From NCBI GenBank assembly GCA_013239625.1, contig MU054187.1, positions 19,994,897 through 20,058,896 on the forward strand: a stretch of 64,000 nucleotides of DNA, in the 5' to 3' direction. Numbering within the stretch: the stretch's first letter is position 1; each line of letters opens with the position of its first letter. Positions 25,582 through 39,720 of the stretch are shown one piece after another. This DNA comes from Lama guanicoe. Its lineage: Eukaryota. A model generated the notes under the pieces. That model was not told where the DNA came from. It saw only the letters and a program-made list of their open reading frames with translations, and searched no databases. Made by a program: the position numbers and the translations under genes.

Positions 25582-25790
25582 GCCATTGGAATCAGACAGA
25601 TTTAGATTTGCAATATAACTTTTCTAACAATTGGTTGTCCTCATCCTCTCCCAGCTTCAAGTTCCTAATATGTAAAATAGAGGAAATGAGGGATACTCAA
25701 AAGGGTTGCTGGAGGGAGTAAATGAGATAGCATATACAGAGCATTTGGTAAATTTTCTATTTTGTTTATAAACAAAGCTTCACAAATGGT
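25582..25790 (+). mobile_element. MIR SINE
   Basis: ttggaatcagacaga...cttcaagttcctaatatgtaaaatagagg...taaatgagatag. Confidence 0.8.
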
Positions 25791-28049
25791 TGGGTACATT
25801 ATCATGCTTGCCAGTGTAGAGTAACTTGAAGAATCTGACAAGCTTGTTGAGTGGCATTAAATACATAATAGCACCAATATTCCGGAGAGGAGAAAACCCA
25901 GTTGAATTGCCTCTTTTATTTGAAGTCCTTTGAGGTATTTATGTTTCCAAGTTCCAAGCGTTAGGTTTTTTCCTTGTCTCATTTTCCAGTATGTAGAGCT
26001 TTATATTTAATTTTCCAAAGCAAAATATCTCAGTGTATGCCTTAAATATATTTCGTTTTGAAATAAAAATCATAGGTAAAGGGATTCCTTTCTGACAGTG
26101 TAGAAGTTAAAACAAGCGTTTACTAGTAATTCAGTCATTTGAAACTGTGTATTTACTTATATGCCATATATTACTTGCATGCTTATTTACTTATATAGTA
26201 GTACTTTCCAAAGGTAGATCAAGAAAGCATATTTAGCTATTAATGTAGCTGAACTGACAATCAGAGTAATAGTTTTGATTTGGGCTGTGGGAATAGGGGT
26301 TCAGTCAGAGCCGGAGGCAGGAGAAACTGGCATTTTTAGCTTATTGGCTTGATTCAGGATAGACGGCATGAATGATCTTGACCTCAGCTATGTCTGGGTT
26401 TGACAACCTTCCATGACCCCTTCTGGTCATTTATTCAATCTCCTGGTGATCCTCCTTCCCAGTGGTCTTAAGCTTGTAACATGTAGGTTTTGTGACAGCT
26501 CTCCCTGCCCTGCTGTATTCACGGACAATTCTCCTTTCTTTTTCAGTGAAGAACTCATATACTTTTAGGGAACAATAATTCATCAGTAAGGCATTTGAGA
26601 TTCTTCAAATTTATTTAAATTTTCTATAAATATTTACATTTAAGAAGTCATATATGTGATAATTAAATATCTAACTGGTTATTTCCAAGGCTTTATGTTT
26701 GGTAGAAAGTTTTTGACAAATTTGGGCCAACTTGTGTTCTGTAGTGTTCTGTGGGGTCTGCCGTTTCTAAGCTGGATACTGTTACTCATACCTTCTTAAC
26801 TTATAGTTTTGGAGATCTAAGTAGTATTACAGTATTTAGCCACAGCACTCATGTCAAGGTTGAAGACACAGGACGAAAAGAAGCACAAATCAACTCATCG
26901 CAGGATGGACTGGCTGCCTGCTGAGAACCTGGCAGGGCTGGGTAGGAGCTTCAGACAGGCAGAGGGCTTTGACACCAAGAGACTACCTGGCTGGAATGTA
27001 TCTGTGGCAATTCTGTACTGGGGAATTTCAACAGAACAGAATTTTCATTTTATTCCAAAGTAGGGAAGCTTGAATTAAACACATCTAAGTTTGTTACGAC
27101 CTGTGTCAATAGAAATGAAGAAGATAAGCAAAATACAAAAAATAAAAAGAAAAACACTAAGACATCATCTCCAATATTAGATAGGGTGATTTGCATGCTT
27201 TTTTTTTCTTTATAAGCTTCTGGTCATTTAATTTTCTCTGAAATTATATTTTTGTTTTTAATACACAGTGTTAATAATTGCTCACATCTATTTGCAACAG
27301 CTGCAAAGTCACTTTTGAAAAATGAATCATTTAAATGGGTTACAATTTTGATGCCATTTCCTTGCAGAATTCAGAAATCTTTTTTTTCTATAGGACACTA
27401 TTAATAATTTTTGTATACCAGTATACATTATTTCTTACATTTTAGGTGCTCTTTTCTTTGAAATTGAAATTTGACATTCAGATACACTGACTGTTAAGTG
27501 ACCAAGACATTTGAGAGAACTTGGAGGTTATTGTAGAAGTGTCCTTCTATTGGTGAGGCATTCATGTATCAGAGACATTCTTTTATTTAAAAGTTAGAAA
27601 CATTATATTGCTATTTAAATAATTTTCCCACATAATAATTCCTTAAAAAATTGTAATTGCTTTACGTTTTACTACTGATTGTAGTCATTTGTGTGATTGT
27701 ATCTATGATTGATGCATTTTAATGTTGCAATTGTCTGGCAATTTTCTATGATTATATCCATGACTGGTGTTCTTTATGGTGCAATTGTGTGATAATAGTC
27801 TGATTATATTGCTATTAAGATTTTTATGTAACTTTCTCTCAAGACACATTTGAAGAACAGAGGCTTTATTTCCAAAAGTATAAGCACCTATGTAAAGATC
27901 TTGTTTACTTGGCTTGGTGAATTGTCTTTTTACCAAGTCAATAGGCTGAATGCTTTGCAGAAGAAAACTACCATGTTCATTTTTCAGGCTGTAATATTGA
28001 GAAGGTTATTTAGAAATTTATATTGTTATAATTAACTTCTTAAAATGAA

Positions 28050-29230
28050 ATCGGAAAAAGGTCTAATAACAAAGACTGAAAAGGAGTGGTCATACTATTT
28101 GGGAAAAATCTAGCAAAGGACCATATCTGGAAGGCTGAGGGAAGAAAGAGGAGTCCATGAGATGGCCCAGAGAGAGGTCAGTTAAAGTAAGTTCTTAGAA
28201 GTGTCTACTGCATATGGCCCCAGGGAAAACCACCTTGATCCCATTGAGAGCAGATTCGGTGGAATTGTGGGAATAAAAGCCATGTGAAAATGGAACTAGG
28301 AATCAAAGGGACATAAAGTCACACAAAATGGGAAGATTTTTTTCCCCCTTGGGAACTAATTGTGAAGAAAAGGAGAAAGATGGGATAACATATAGAGGAA
28401 AAAAAACAAAATTTTTAACACAATAGAAATGGTAATACATTGAAGGTAAGAAAACAAAAGAAAAGGATAAAAATATTGAGGAAAAACATCTCTGAAGAAG
28501 TGCAGGGTTTTATTAAAATTCCAAGTCAATTTTGAACAAGTAACTTGGGACTTCTTTCACTGAGCTAGAAAAGAAGGCAAAGTGGTAAATAAGATAAATT
28601 CATTTGTGGGTGGAGGTAGGAAGTCAAAGGAATTGCTCTTACTTGGTCTCTGCATTTGCTAGAATTTAAGAAGATGAATTTTTTCTACCAAGGAAGGGCA
28701 GGAGGGTATGCATGGACGTGGAGATGGAATGGAGTAATAGAAGATGTTGAACAGTTGGAGACACTGCTAGGTAGAAAGGATGATGGCTTTTATAAGTTAG
28801 AATAAGTAAAAGGCCTGCTGACTGAGCTTGAATAGAGGTAACTTGCTTTGGTACAGAGGTTTGATTTTTCCCATAAATGCTTAATGATCTGCATATGAAA
28901 GCAAGGAAAGTAAATGTTTGGCATGATTTCCTGATGGTGATTTACAGATCCAGTGTAGCGGAAGGACAAGAAAACAAAGTGGTTATGGGTTGTGGGTGGC
29001 AAGTACTTGAAAGTGATGGACCCGGTGTCTGGTTCAAACAGGGATAAAAATGCAGTTCCAAGGAGGCTGATGACACACTGTAGATGAAATGACAATGTTC
29101 TGGGGTCTTGATGAAATTCACCGGTTTGTATCGTTCATGGGACTATAAAAGGAAAAGTTCCTACCGGGTAAGTATTTTTAGATAAGAAAAAAAGATTTTC
29201 CATTCAAAGATTTTAAAAGTAGTGTTATTT
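28050..29230 (-). mobile_element. Long degenerate L2 relic
   Basis: Purine-rich sequence with L2-like motifs (gtggaattgtgggaataaaagcca; gggtggaggtaggaagtcaaaggaattgct). Confidence 0.55.
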
Positions 29231-29411
29231 GGCAGGATGACAAAAGAATTGAGACTCTCCCACACATTTTCCTGTTTGCCCCACACCCATTCTTAGCAGT
29301 GGAGCACATGTTGCAGATGAATAAAAGGAGGCTCAGAGAACATTAATGATTGTCCTGAGTATAAGGTATGTCAGATACATTATTCTGAAAGTGAACTCAA
29401 AAATACATCTA

Positions 29412-29627
29412 GCAGAGTAGTATTCCATTGTATAAATATACCACAACTTCTTTATCCAGTATGTGACAACGGACATTTAGGTTGCTTCCGTGTCTTGGCT
29501 ATTCTAAATAGTGCTGCTATGAACATTAGGATGCATGTGTCTTTCTGAATTAGAACTTTATCCAGATTTATGCCCAGGAGTAGGATTGCTGGATCATATA
29601 GTAACTCTATTTTTTAGTTTTTTAAGG
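29412..29627 (-). mobile_element. Internal L1 fragment without tail
   Basis: gagtagtattccattgtata...ggacatttaggttgcttcc...cccaggagtaggattgctggatcatat. Confidence 0.9.
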
Positions 29628-32051
29628 TATAATAGGGGTATTGCAAGTATCCCTGTAAATATCCAAATCTGAAATGGTTTTCTTCTACATCCAGAACGTA
29701 AACATGGTGAGTTACCTGAACAACTATGCCAGTTCTTCATCCTCAAAGCCAACATTCTGTTAATTCCTAGCACTGATAAATTTGGTGATGGGAACTGTTA
29801 ATTCACTTAACTGGAGGTTACAAATTTGTAAGAATGAAGAAAAATGATGCTAAGTTTAAAAGGCAGTTGTGCCTTATTAATTATAGATTTTTAATCTCTT
29901 CTCCAAAAAAGCAAATTTCAGAAAGCATTATGTATGCTAAAGTAAGTACTTTCTTAAAGTTTTCTCAAGAATTCACTCAAATGGGGTAAAATATTCTGAA
30001 ATTCTGTAAGAATTCTGTTAAAATTGTTGTGATATCTGCTGCTATTCTGTTATTTTTGCAAAGACAATGGTGTCTAATTTAGATTTCTTTGATTTATTGC
30101 AAGAATTGTAAGGTAACAAAGATGCTGTAATTAACAGCTCTGCACTTTTGGTAGTTAAAACTAAAAGAAGCATTAAAAATGTAACTGTCCTTCTAATCTA
30201 AGGTTAACAAAAATAGCATCAGCAAAAAAGTACAATGTATAATTATATTTTTCCCAGCATGTTTTCATTCTTTTTCTCATTGTCTTGCTTTTGAAAACAA
30301 ATCTGGGCCCCATATTAAAGTATTCAACTATTACGCAAGGATTTTAAAAACATCCGACATAACAAAAATAATTGTTTCAACATCTGTTACTTTTCAACTG
30401 AAATCTCAAGTTTCCTAGATCATCTATAATATAACATAGGCACAGCGGTAATTCAAATTGACTGCTGTTCACTTGGAATTTATATGCTCTTTTAGATACT
30501 TTACTGTTTAATAAACACACTTTTAAAATCCCATCTTAATTCAAACATTAAAAGAAATTTGCTCTTCTTGAAATCATACCTATCCATTAGATGCATTTCA
30601 GGTCCCCCATCCCTTCCTCAAGTGCTCTCTGTTCTTTGTTTGTTTGTTTGTTGCTATCCTACATAGATCTTCCCTTGTTCTAAATGCCTATATCATGTTT
30701 CCTCTGTCTCACTCCCATAGTCTCATGAACTCTTGACTTTTGTGTGAGGCAAAAGCCAACTACACTTCAAGATCTTTGAGAATGATCCTTCTACTTCCCT
30801 TCAATATCAACTTCCCATTGATATAGACTGAGTGTTTCAAAAATATTTGACTATTCTCAGTTGGTTTGGAGTAACGAAAGTAGCTCCTGGCACCTGAGTG
30901 ATTGATGAGAACTATGTGGCCTTCCAACTATGTGGTCTACACCACAGAATCAAATGCAACAACCAGGGCCAGTTAGCTGTTTCTCACAACCAACCCCACT
31001 GGAATAATTTTTAAGAGAATTTACTTGGAAAAGTCATAAATTATTGAGTTCTGAGATGGTTGTTCTTGGTGTTACTATAATTGAGGCATCATGGTCTCCT
31101 GGAGACACTGCATGGACCCCTTAATTTCTACTCCTGACTGTAGGGTAGCACTGTTGTCAAATGGGTATCTCATATTTTTAATCTGAGATATTTTCAGTGT
31201 GGAGACTGAGAGATAGTTTTATTATAGCACATTATGTTGCCAAAGATGATTAACTAAAAAAACCAGTGCTCAGGCAATGTTTATATAGACCAAATATGCC
31301 CAAAAGAATCCAAAGAAGATAGGAATTTAGAGCAAAAATGGGAAAAAAGACATAGACACGTGCTTTGTCCTTAGATATTTTTAAAAATTGAATTAAAAAT
31401 AAGGTCTAGATATAGAAATATGTGGGAATCTAAAACTTACCAATAATATTCCTTGATCACTATCCTTAGCTTTTATTGTCTTTCATAATTTTTCTAAGAA
31501 AATCATTCAGAGGAAACATCTTTGAATACCTTTTTTTGTTATATTCAGCTGAATATATTTGGTTCAATTTTGCAGAACAATTTTGAAAAAATGATCATAT
31601 ACACAAAGAATACGGCAGTATTTTATTACTACTCTGTGGATTGTGGCTGGTCAGTAGGACATTGATAAGTCAATCTGATAATGGAGTTTAAGGGCTCTTT
31701 CAATCTAGGACGGCTGTCCTTTTCTCAAAATTTTATTCTCCAGCTCAGTAGCAAGTAGAGAGCCCTTTTTTTTGGCTCCTTGCCAAGTAGCATTTTCAAC
31801 TGGGGTATTTTCAACAGTTTTCTCTATTTCTTCTTTGTAAAAATCTTGAAAATATATGTTTAATGGAATACCATCATCTTCCCTGATAGAGGGCACAGTT
31901 CCTGCACTTGATGGGTAACCTATTGACTGGAGAAATGCTTTGTTTTTTTTCCAGAGAATCTGAACTCATAAGACAATCAGAAAATTTCATTTAAATGAAA
32001 TTCCACAGCAATATAACCATCTTCATTCTGTGCAAACACGTATGGAGGTTG

Positions 32052-32065
32052 GTTTCCATGGTTAC
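32052..32065. promoter_or_regulatory. RFX X-box motif
   Basis: gtttccatggttac (reverse complement gtaaccatggaaac) fits the X-box palindrome; function not shown. Confidence 0.45.
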
Positions 32066-32999
32066 TTGTTACTAGGCCTCTGCTCTCTGTGGTTCAGTGC
32101 AGAGCTGGACGAGAGATCAAGCCTAGAGTGTCATTATAATGAAGCAGAAACTGAGAATAATTCTTTAGTCGATGGCCATGCAGCAGTTTAGAACACACAC
32201 AATTTTCAGGTTACAATTATTAAAAAAAATACCACAGGAGCTTTCTCCTCAACACAGAGCTGCTTATTCAGTAATGTCAAAGGCTCAAGAATAAGAAGAA
32301 TTGAAAGACTTGAAAGCATAACTCTACTGATTGTCTGTCTCTCTATCTACCTACCTGTCCACTATGTGTGACTAAATGAATGTACTCCTTTATAAAGTTG
32401 AGTTTTTCAAAAAGTGTGGAATAGTTTAAGTGCAATATTATAGTTTGTGTCTGTGTGTGCATATGCATATGTACTTAAAGAAAATTCAAGCTTAAAAATG
32501 TGTAATTTTACTTAAGGTAAACCCAACAAATAGAAAAATTGAACCTCTTAGGTGAAAAGTTGTTTCTGGGATTCAATATTCAAGGTTAGCACTGATCTGC
32601 TTTGCTCATGCAAATCCTTAATTCTACTTGTGAAGCAATGATTTAATATGGATTTTGGAATAGTGTTTCAAAAAACAAAGCTATACCTTGAAAATTATGT
32701 TTTGGTTGTGTATATGTGACCTGTGTAAAATTAGAATAGTTTGATGTATCTTTAGTTTCATTTGGCATCTGAAGAGCAACCATGGTCATTGTTACCTCCA
32801 GATCACTTCCAAAAATGTCGATTGTGACACAGAAATAGGACTGAGGGAACTGATGGTGGAACTACTTGACAATAAACCTTAGATAGATAACCTAAATGTG
32901 AGAAACACTTCAAGACATTGAGCAGTAGCCCTTATTATCATGACCTGATGGGCGACAGAAATACTTTCTGTTCTTTCACCATTATCTTCCACTTGTTCT

Positions 33000-33700
33000 T
33001 GGAGACACAGGATCTGTCCCAGGCCGAGATTTCAGTGTTTCCCCTCAGCTTCAAAGGTATGACTTTTTGCAAAGGGCAGAGTGTAATCCTTTCCCTTTTA
33101 CAAATTTCAAAGCTTTTTTTTTTTTTGTGAAATAGATGAAATCATCAGAGTTGACTAAAGTCATTACAGAAAACCTGAGAAAGCTGAAATAAATGAGAAT
33201 ATTGCCCTGTCCCCTGAAAGCATGGATCTAAGTCATTTTATAAGATACTCTTTTCAAATCCTCAAGGAGAAGATAATTTTCAGCCTATCTGAATGTTTCC
33301 AGAACAAAGAAAAAGAAGAAAAAGTATCCTGTAATGCTGGTAACAAAACCTACTAGAGAGTATAGAAAGAAAAGGCCAGTCTCAATTATGAATATAGATG
33401 AAAACATAGCAAGTGAATTATCCGCAAATGATATCCAGCTGTATTTACAGAACTAAATCTATCATGGCCAGCGGGGTTTATTTCATGAATGCAAGAATTG
33501 ATCGGTACTAGGAAATTTATTAATCAAATCCCTCACTTTAACAGATCTAAATGGAAATATATTTAACTATCCACACGTGAAATTTGATTGAATATAATTA
33601 TCATTTCTATCTCAACATAAAAGACTAGAATTTTTGCCTTGACCCAATAAAACAATATATAGTACGTATCTCAGACTCAAAATCTGCATGATGCTTCATG
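33000..33700 (+). mobile_element. Old L1 ORF2 relic
   Basis: aggccagtctcaattatgaatatagatg; ggggtttatttcatgaatgcaag. Confidence 0.65.
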
Positions 33701-33869
33701 TTTAATTTGTATCTGTTTAATTGGCTGGTTCAGTTAGCGCAAGTTAAAAGGCACAAGTATTCTAAAACAGAGGCAGTGTTTTAATTCTTTAGAGACAAAT
33801 TATCTGTGTATCTTTGGGCAGCAGAATCATCAGAAAAGCTAAAAGTACACATGTAGCATCAGTAGCATA

Positions 33870-34110
33870 TATGATGATGAGCATGTGTTTGAGGTCTGAC
33901 ACTCAGCGGGGCCATCTGCTGTGCTGGACAATTGCTTAATTTTGGACAGCAGTCCAACTTCTCTAAATCTCATTTTGTGTAGTTTAAAGTGGACATGCCA
34001 CTTGTACCTATCCTTCATTTCGAAAGGTTTAAATGAGACGACACACCTTGAGCACTAAGCAGGGAGCAGGCACAGTGTGAGCACTGGTGCTGCTGGTCTT
34101 TATTATTATT
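33870..34110 (+). mobile_element. MIR SINE (degenerate)
   Basis: ggacaattgcttaa...aggtttaaatgagac...gagcactaagc...ggcacagtgtgagcact. Confidence 0.65.
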
Positions 34111-34724
34111 ACAATTATTAGGATACATAGAAACAGTTGAAGTAGATACAAAAGAGTCATTAGCTTCCTTATATATGAATAATATCCAGTCTGAATTTTT
34201 AATAATATCCAGTCTGAATTAAAAAAAAATCAAATTCAACTTCCTTGTTTTATTTATGAAAACAAAAATTAAATCATCATATAGCATCCAAAAAGCAATC
34301 CCATAAATTTTGTATTAGTACACATAGCAAAACAAACTAAAAGAAAACAGAATAATAACAAAAAGTACATCTTGATTGGCTTGAAAGACTTAATTGACTA
34401 AAATAATGATTTATTATTATTTTGCCCACAATGTTTTAATTGATGTCTACAAATTTATAGAGAATTGATGTGACTAATTGACTTTAGGTAGTTATGCTAA
34501 GTATATACCTCTCTCAAGTACAAATTAATTTCCTGTTGTGATTTCATATAAGTAAATAATATGTACGCATATTAGGAGGGAGTCTAGTACAAATCTTTCC
34601 ACTATTTACTCTGTCATTTTCCTTTAATTTCCTATATATGTTACTTCATGGAGATGTATTGTTAGTATTTGAAATTGACTTCATTCTTCCTGATTCAATA
34701 GTCCCCAAATGAACAAAAATGACC

Positions 34725-34850
34725 TGTAATTCATTCATTTATTCACTTATTCATTCACATAACAAATATTTACTGAATACCTACTCTGTGTCACACACTG
34801 TCCAACATGATTGGAACACATTAGAGAACAAAAATGACTTTCTGCTTCAT
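34725..34850 (-). mobile_element. L2 3' end
   Basis: (attc)n followed by aacaaatatttactgaatacctactctgtg. Confidence 0.85.
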
Positions 34851-35209
34851 ATTCTAGGTGTAATTTCCTTCTACTGCAGGCATATGATTCCTGGGACTAT
34901 GTAGATTAAAAAAAAAAATTATGGCATATCTGAAAATCTCTCCTCAAAAGAACCAGTATTACTTTGCTTACAGAAGTCAAGTTTGGATATTTTAAATGTC
35001 TCTCCTATCTGTCTTGTTCTATAAACTGCTACAGAAAGTGACTTAAAAACAGTGCATTACCTGTATCAGATTCAAATTAGCAGATTCAACCAAAGATCTG
35101 CATCTCCAAGACCATTTTGTCATATACTAATTATATTATTCATAACATTTTTTGTATAATATCCTTTGTCTCTTGACAAGCTTTAAATTGTCTCTATTAT
35201 AATGAAGTA

Positions 35210-36100
35210 AATACTCCAACAAACATTTTGAATAGGTGTATTGTGTTATATCTTATTTAGAGAAGTGATGTGTCTAGAAACCCTTTTCTCAAGGATCTTA
35301 CAATCGAGTGTGTGAGACTGTCCCCAAATAATGAACTTTAACATAAATAAGGGAACTTAGGGGAAAGAAAAAAAAGAAAGAAAGCAAAGCAAAACGGAAA
35401 AGGTGAAAGGCATTGTCATAAAGCTCAGCGTTGGAAAAAAAGGGCAGATATTAATAGGTAGATAAGGAGTGAAGGAGGAAAGGGAAATCCAGTGTGAGAG
35501 AACAGGGTCATTAAAGTCATAGAGATGTAAGAGTGAATGTATATTTGAACACTGAACGATGTTTAGAAATTCCAAGTGGCTGGAAAAATAGGATACCTGG
35601 AGGGAGCAGCAAGAGATGAGTCTCAAAATGTGTAATTGTGAAGAGCCTTAAATGCTAAGGTTAAGGAGTTTAAGACCTTATCCTGTAAGTAAGAGAATAT
35701 GGTAAAATGTTTTGAAGGACCAAGATCTAACTTGTGCTTTAGTTTAATAATTGTTGATAATTTGGGCAAAGGTAAAAGTTAGTGATATAAAGACCCAGTT
35801 AGGAAGCTTGCATGATGATTCATTTGAGATGTGGTATGATTCTGAACTACGGTATTGGAAGAAGATTGTAAAGGAAATAGAACTGAACAGATTAGATGCG
35901 GAGGATACAAAGAACTGGATATGATTTTATTACTATCCAGAATGACTTGTGAGGGTGGAGATGTCATTAGCCAATAAAGAGAACATAGGTAAAAAAAGGG
36001 ATTTCTGGTATAAAAAAAACTTCTTTTTACTTACTTTTAGCTTTGGTTATGTTTAATTTGTGATGTGGGAGGAGTTTAATGTGGAAATGCAAGCTAATAA
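35210..36100 (-). mobile_element. L2 relic
   Basis: gagccttaaatgctaaggttaaggagtttaagaccttatcctgtaag; agacccagttaggaagc. Confidence 0.65.
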
Positions 36101-36194
36101 TAATATGTTAGAGTTAAGGCAAATTTCATATTTCAAATTCTACCTTTACATGCCTTTATATTTTGAATATTAGTGACATTAGCCATACTTTTAA

Positions 36195-36410
36195 AACTTA
36201 TTACTTATAATTATAAAATATTTTATATATTAGTAAGGAATTGAATGGGTAAATACTTCCTTCATTACTGACTGTATTGGGTTTACATGTTAAAATTTAA
36301 TTTTTAATATGTTACTTATAATTACCAAATATTTTATATATTGGTAAAGAATTGAATAGGTAAATGCTTCTGTCATCATTGACTGTACGGGCTTCGAGTG
36401 TTAAAAATTA
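36195..36410. repeat. Diverged two-copy tandem duplication, period ~111 bp
   Basis: ttacttataatta..aaatattttatatatt.gtaa.gaattgaat.ggtaaat.cttc starts at 36201 and at 36312. Confidence 0.9.
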
Positions 36411-36659
36411 AGTAATTGTTAGAAGAGAGTTCAAGAAAGAGAAAAGATGGGGAGGAAGGATAATTAATATTCAGTTCTATCCAAAGAGAGTGTTGGATTA
36501 CTTTGACTCCTTTCACTCAAATTAAGAATCAGCAGAAACACAGATTTTGAAGGATCACTAGAACGGGTCAGTAAGCTCTTATACACAAATGCCAGTGGTC
36601 TGTGCACTCCCAGGGAACTGTCCACGGACTTGACTGACTCTCAGAGAAGCATAATCTAG

Positions 36660-36825
36660 ACTCAACGTGTTTCAGACTTTCATTCATATAAATCTAATGC
36701 ACTTTGGGCTTAAAATACACGTTCTGATTTAGTAGGTCTGGAGTAGTATCCAGTATTCAGCATTTCTAACAGGTACCAGGTAATGCTGAAGCTGCTGGTT
36801 GAGATTTACAGCGTGAACTTTGGAA
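36660..36825. mobile_element. MER5A-like hAT-Charlie MITE
   Basis: ttctgatttagtaggtctgg...gcatttctaacagg...aggtaatgctgaagctgctgg. Confidence 0.8.
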
Positions 36826-39429
36826 GAGAAGAGATGAATGTGATGATTTAAAATTACCCACAGGCTGTTTTAGCAATCCATGGAGATAAAGAACGCTGGG
36901 GGTCTTTTTGTATTAAATTATTGAACTCGGTTTTCGTACCTAGTTTGATATGATTCAGATTCTGAACAGTGGCCATGTAGCTGGAAATGACTGATCTCAG
37001 CGCAGAATGTGAAGTCACAGGTCTTTTTCAATCTCAGGTACCTGAAAATTGAATGTTGAGTTGTGACGAATTCTTAATCTTGGCTCAGCACAGGGTGGCC
37101 TTAGGTGCCACACGTCCCTGTAAGCAGAACCTCCTGTTCTAGTGTTGTTGTGAGATTTTCAACAGCCTCTTCATGTTTTCCTCTTGGCTTTGAAGTTTCT
37201 TTGATCTCTCAGGTCCCTGAAGAGAATGGGCAGACTTTCCAGCCTATCAGGAAAATATCTCTCAACACCCGCTATTGTAAATAAAAACAAAAAATAAACC
37301 TCAAAGGCACCATCCATTTTTTTCCTTCTGGTTATCCATGCTGAATATTTGATAATGGGTTCAATCACAGACAAATTCATGAAGTAGCTAAAGATTAACT
37401 TTAATACGTTTCCAACCTTTAAAAGCCCCTCCTTCGTCTATTCCTAGGAATCCATAATCTTTATTTGCTTCTCTCTTCTTGTTAACAAACCATTTATTTG
37501 ATCTTCTGTTTGCATAAAGATATACATGATTAGCAGTTTAAGAATGATTTCTTCCTTGAAATTTACACAGTAGTTAATATGGGCTAAGTTTTAACTGCTA
37601 AATTTCAGGTGTAAAATCAGAAACATTTAAGAATGAATTTGGGATATTCAGGTCCTTCTCTATGATTCTTAAACTATATCCAATCTTTTTTTTATACGAC
37701 TAGGCCAATGAAGACCATCAGCTAAGGCAGTATCCTGATAGAATTCACACACACATATGACTTGATTGATGATGACATAGTGAGCACCTGCCTAATAATC
37801 AGAGGGTGGAGTACATTTCTATTAATGCAGGAAGGAAATTTGGAGTCCACAATATGCAATGTCATGGCAATTATGGTAACTGTGGGAAACAACAAAACCC
37901 CCCCAAATTTTTAGGATTTTTATGTCTGCATCCAAGTCAATTGTGTTGCTTTGTTTCCCTAATTTGATAGTTTTTACAATTGATTAAGACCTCTAAAATT
38001 TTGTCTAGGCAAAAATTTGAATTATTTGCCCTGTAAGAACTGCCTTCTAGCCCATGAATATTCTTGACTGGTATTTAGCATCTGCGTATTAATATTACCT
38101 TTCTGTCTTTCTCTATCCACTCTTACCTATACAGTAATTCTTATGAAGTTATACTGTACTGCACTGAGTAGCAATATTTATATTATAAAGATCTCAGAAA
38201 TTATTCTAAGACATATATTAAGAATCTATTGAACTTAGACTGATGGTGGGCACTTTGCATTTTAGTTTCTTGCCTCACCCTTATTCTAATCATGACTTTG
38301 TGTTTCTGAAACCCAGAATACTAAATCTATTAAAACAATTAAAGTTGGTCCAAGAAAGTTCATATATATGAGAAATTCCACAAGTACAAAGATTTTAGGG
38401 CAATAGAGCAGATTTCTCCAAAATATATTTTTCCTTTCACAATATCTTAGTTATTTGAAAGACAATACAGTTGTTTAGAATCCAGTAATTTTGAAGACAC
38501 TGGGGATTTTTTCCTAACATTTGTGCATATTGAAACATTTTGACTCATTATTCTGAATGTTTTCTAGTTATTCTGTCTCATGTCTTTCATATTTAAAATG
38601 CATGAGTTACTTTGTTGCAATGGAATATTTGTTAACTTTCTTTTATTTCTTTGTACTTCAAGGAAACAATTATCATAACACACAAGTGGAATTTTTATAC
38701 GTTATTATTTCTCTAAGTTTTGGTGTACTCTTTTGTATTTTGCAAAGCATGAGCATTTTGTTTTTATCTCTGTATATGCTATACACTTCTGGTGATAGAA
38801 TATATAGTAAATATATGAAAGCAGAGAAAAGCAAGTCTACTAGAATTTCATTACTCTAAACAAAGGGATCAAGAACCCTAATATTTCTCCATAGTGTGAG
38901 ATTAATGATTGCTCAGTCCCCTATCTTGTCTCTAAAGGAAGTATTTGGAGTCTTGGAAAAAGGACAAAACATTTTCATACTAATATTAAAGCTAGACTAT
39001 ATCTGAAATTATCCATTAGGTTACTTTTTAAACATTTAAACATTTTAAGCGTTCAGATATTTAAAATAAAATATTTTTAATTATCCATATTCTGAAGTAG
39101 TTTTGATTCTACAAGTAAATTATGTGAGTTTATAGTGGTGTAGAAACAGATAATCTCATCCATTTATAGAATTTTGCAAGAAAATTTCTGTTCATCTTTT
39201 CTCACCCATCTTAATTTTACAGCCTACTCTTTTCTCTCAATGGTTATGATTCCCAGTGAAAATCCTAATCTTTTTTTCTATTTTCTCAATCTCTTGCTAA
39301 TTCTAGTTACCTGTTTTTGAATATTCTTTTGCTTGACTACTAGGAGAAATAAAAAAAATACATTATTATATATCAGAATATTTATTAAAATTTAAAAAGG
39401 GAATTTTAAAAGAGACCAATTGGGAAATT

Positions 39430-39720
39430 TATCACTTTCTGAGCAAATGATACCTCAGTGATATTTTCTGAGACCAGGAAAATAGATTAAGAAAGAGCTG
39501 ATTGACAGTGAGAGGAATTACCTTCTAGGTAAAGGAAAAGCATGTGCAAAATCCTGAGGCCAGAACATGCGCAGTGAATTAACAGAATGAAAAGTGCCAG
39601 GGTTTTTAGACTGTAGTGAGGAAAGAGTGAGAGGAACATGGGATGATATTGGAACAGTAGTTACTGAAGGCTGTGAGAAAGATTTGGTCTTTTAAGCCTT
39701 TGGATGTCATTGGCAAAAAA
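39430..39720 (-). mobile_element. L2 relic
   Basis: ttctaggtaaaggaaaagcatgtgcaaaatcctgagg. Confidence 0.65.
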
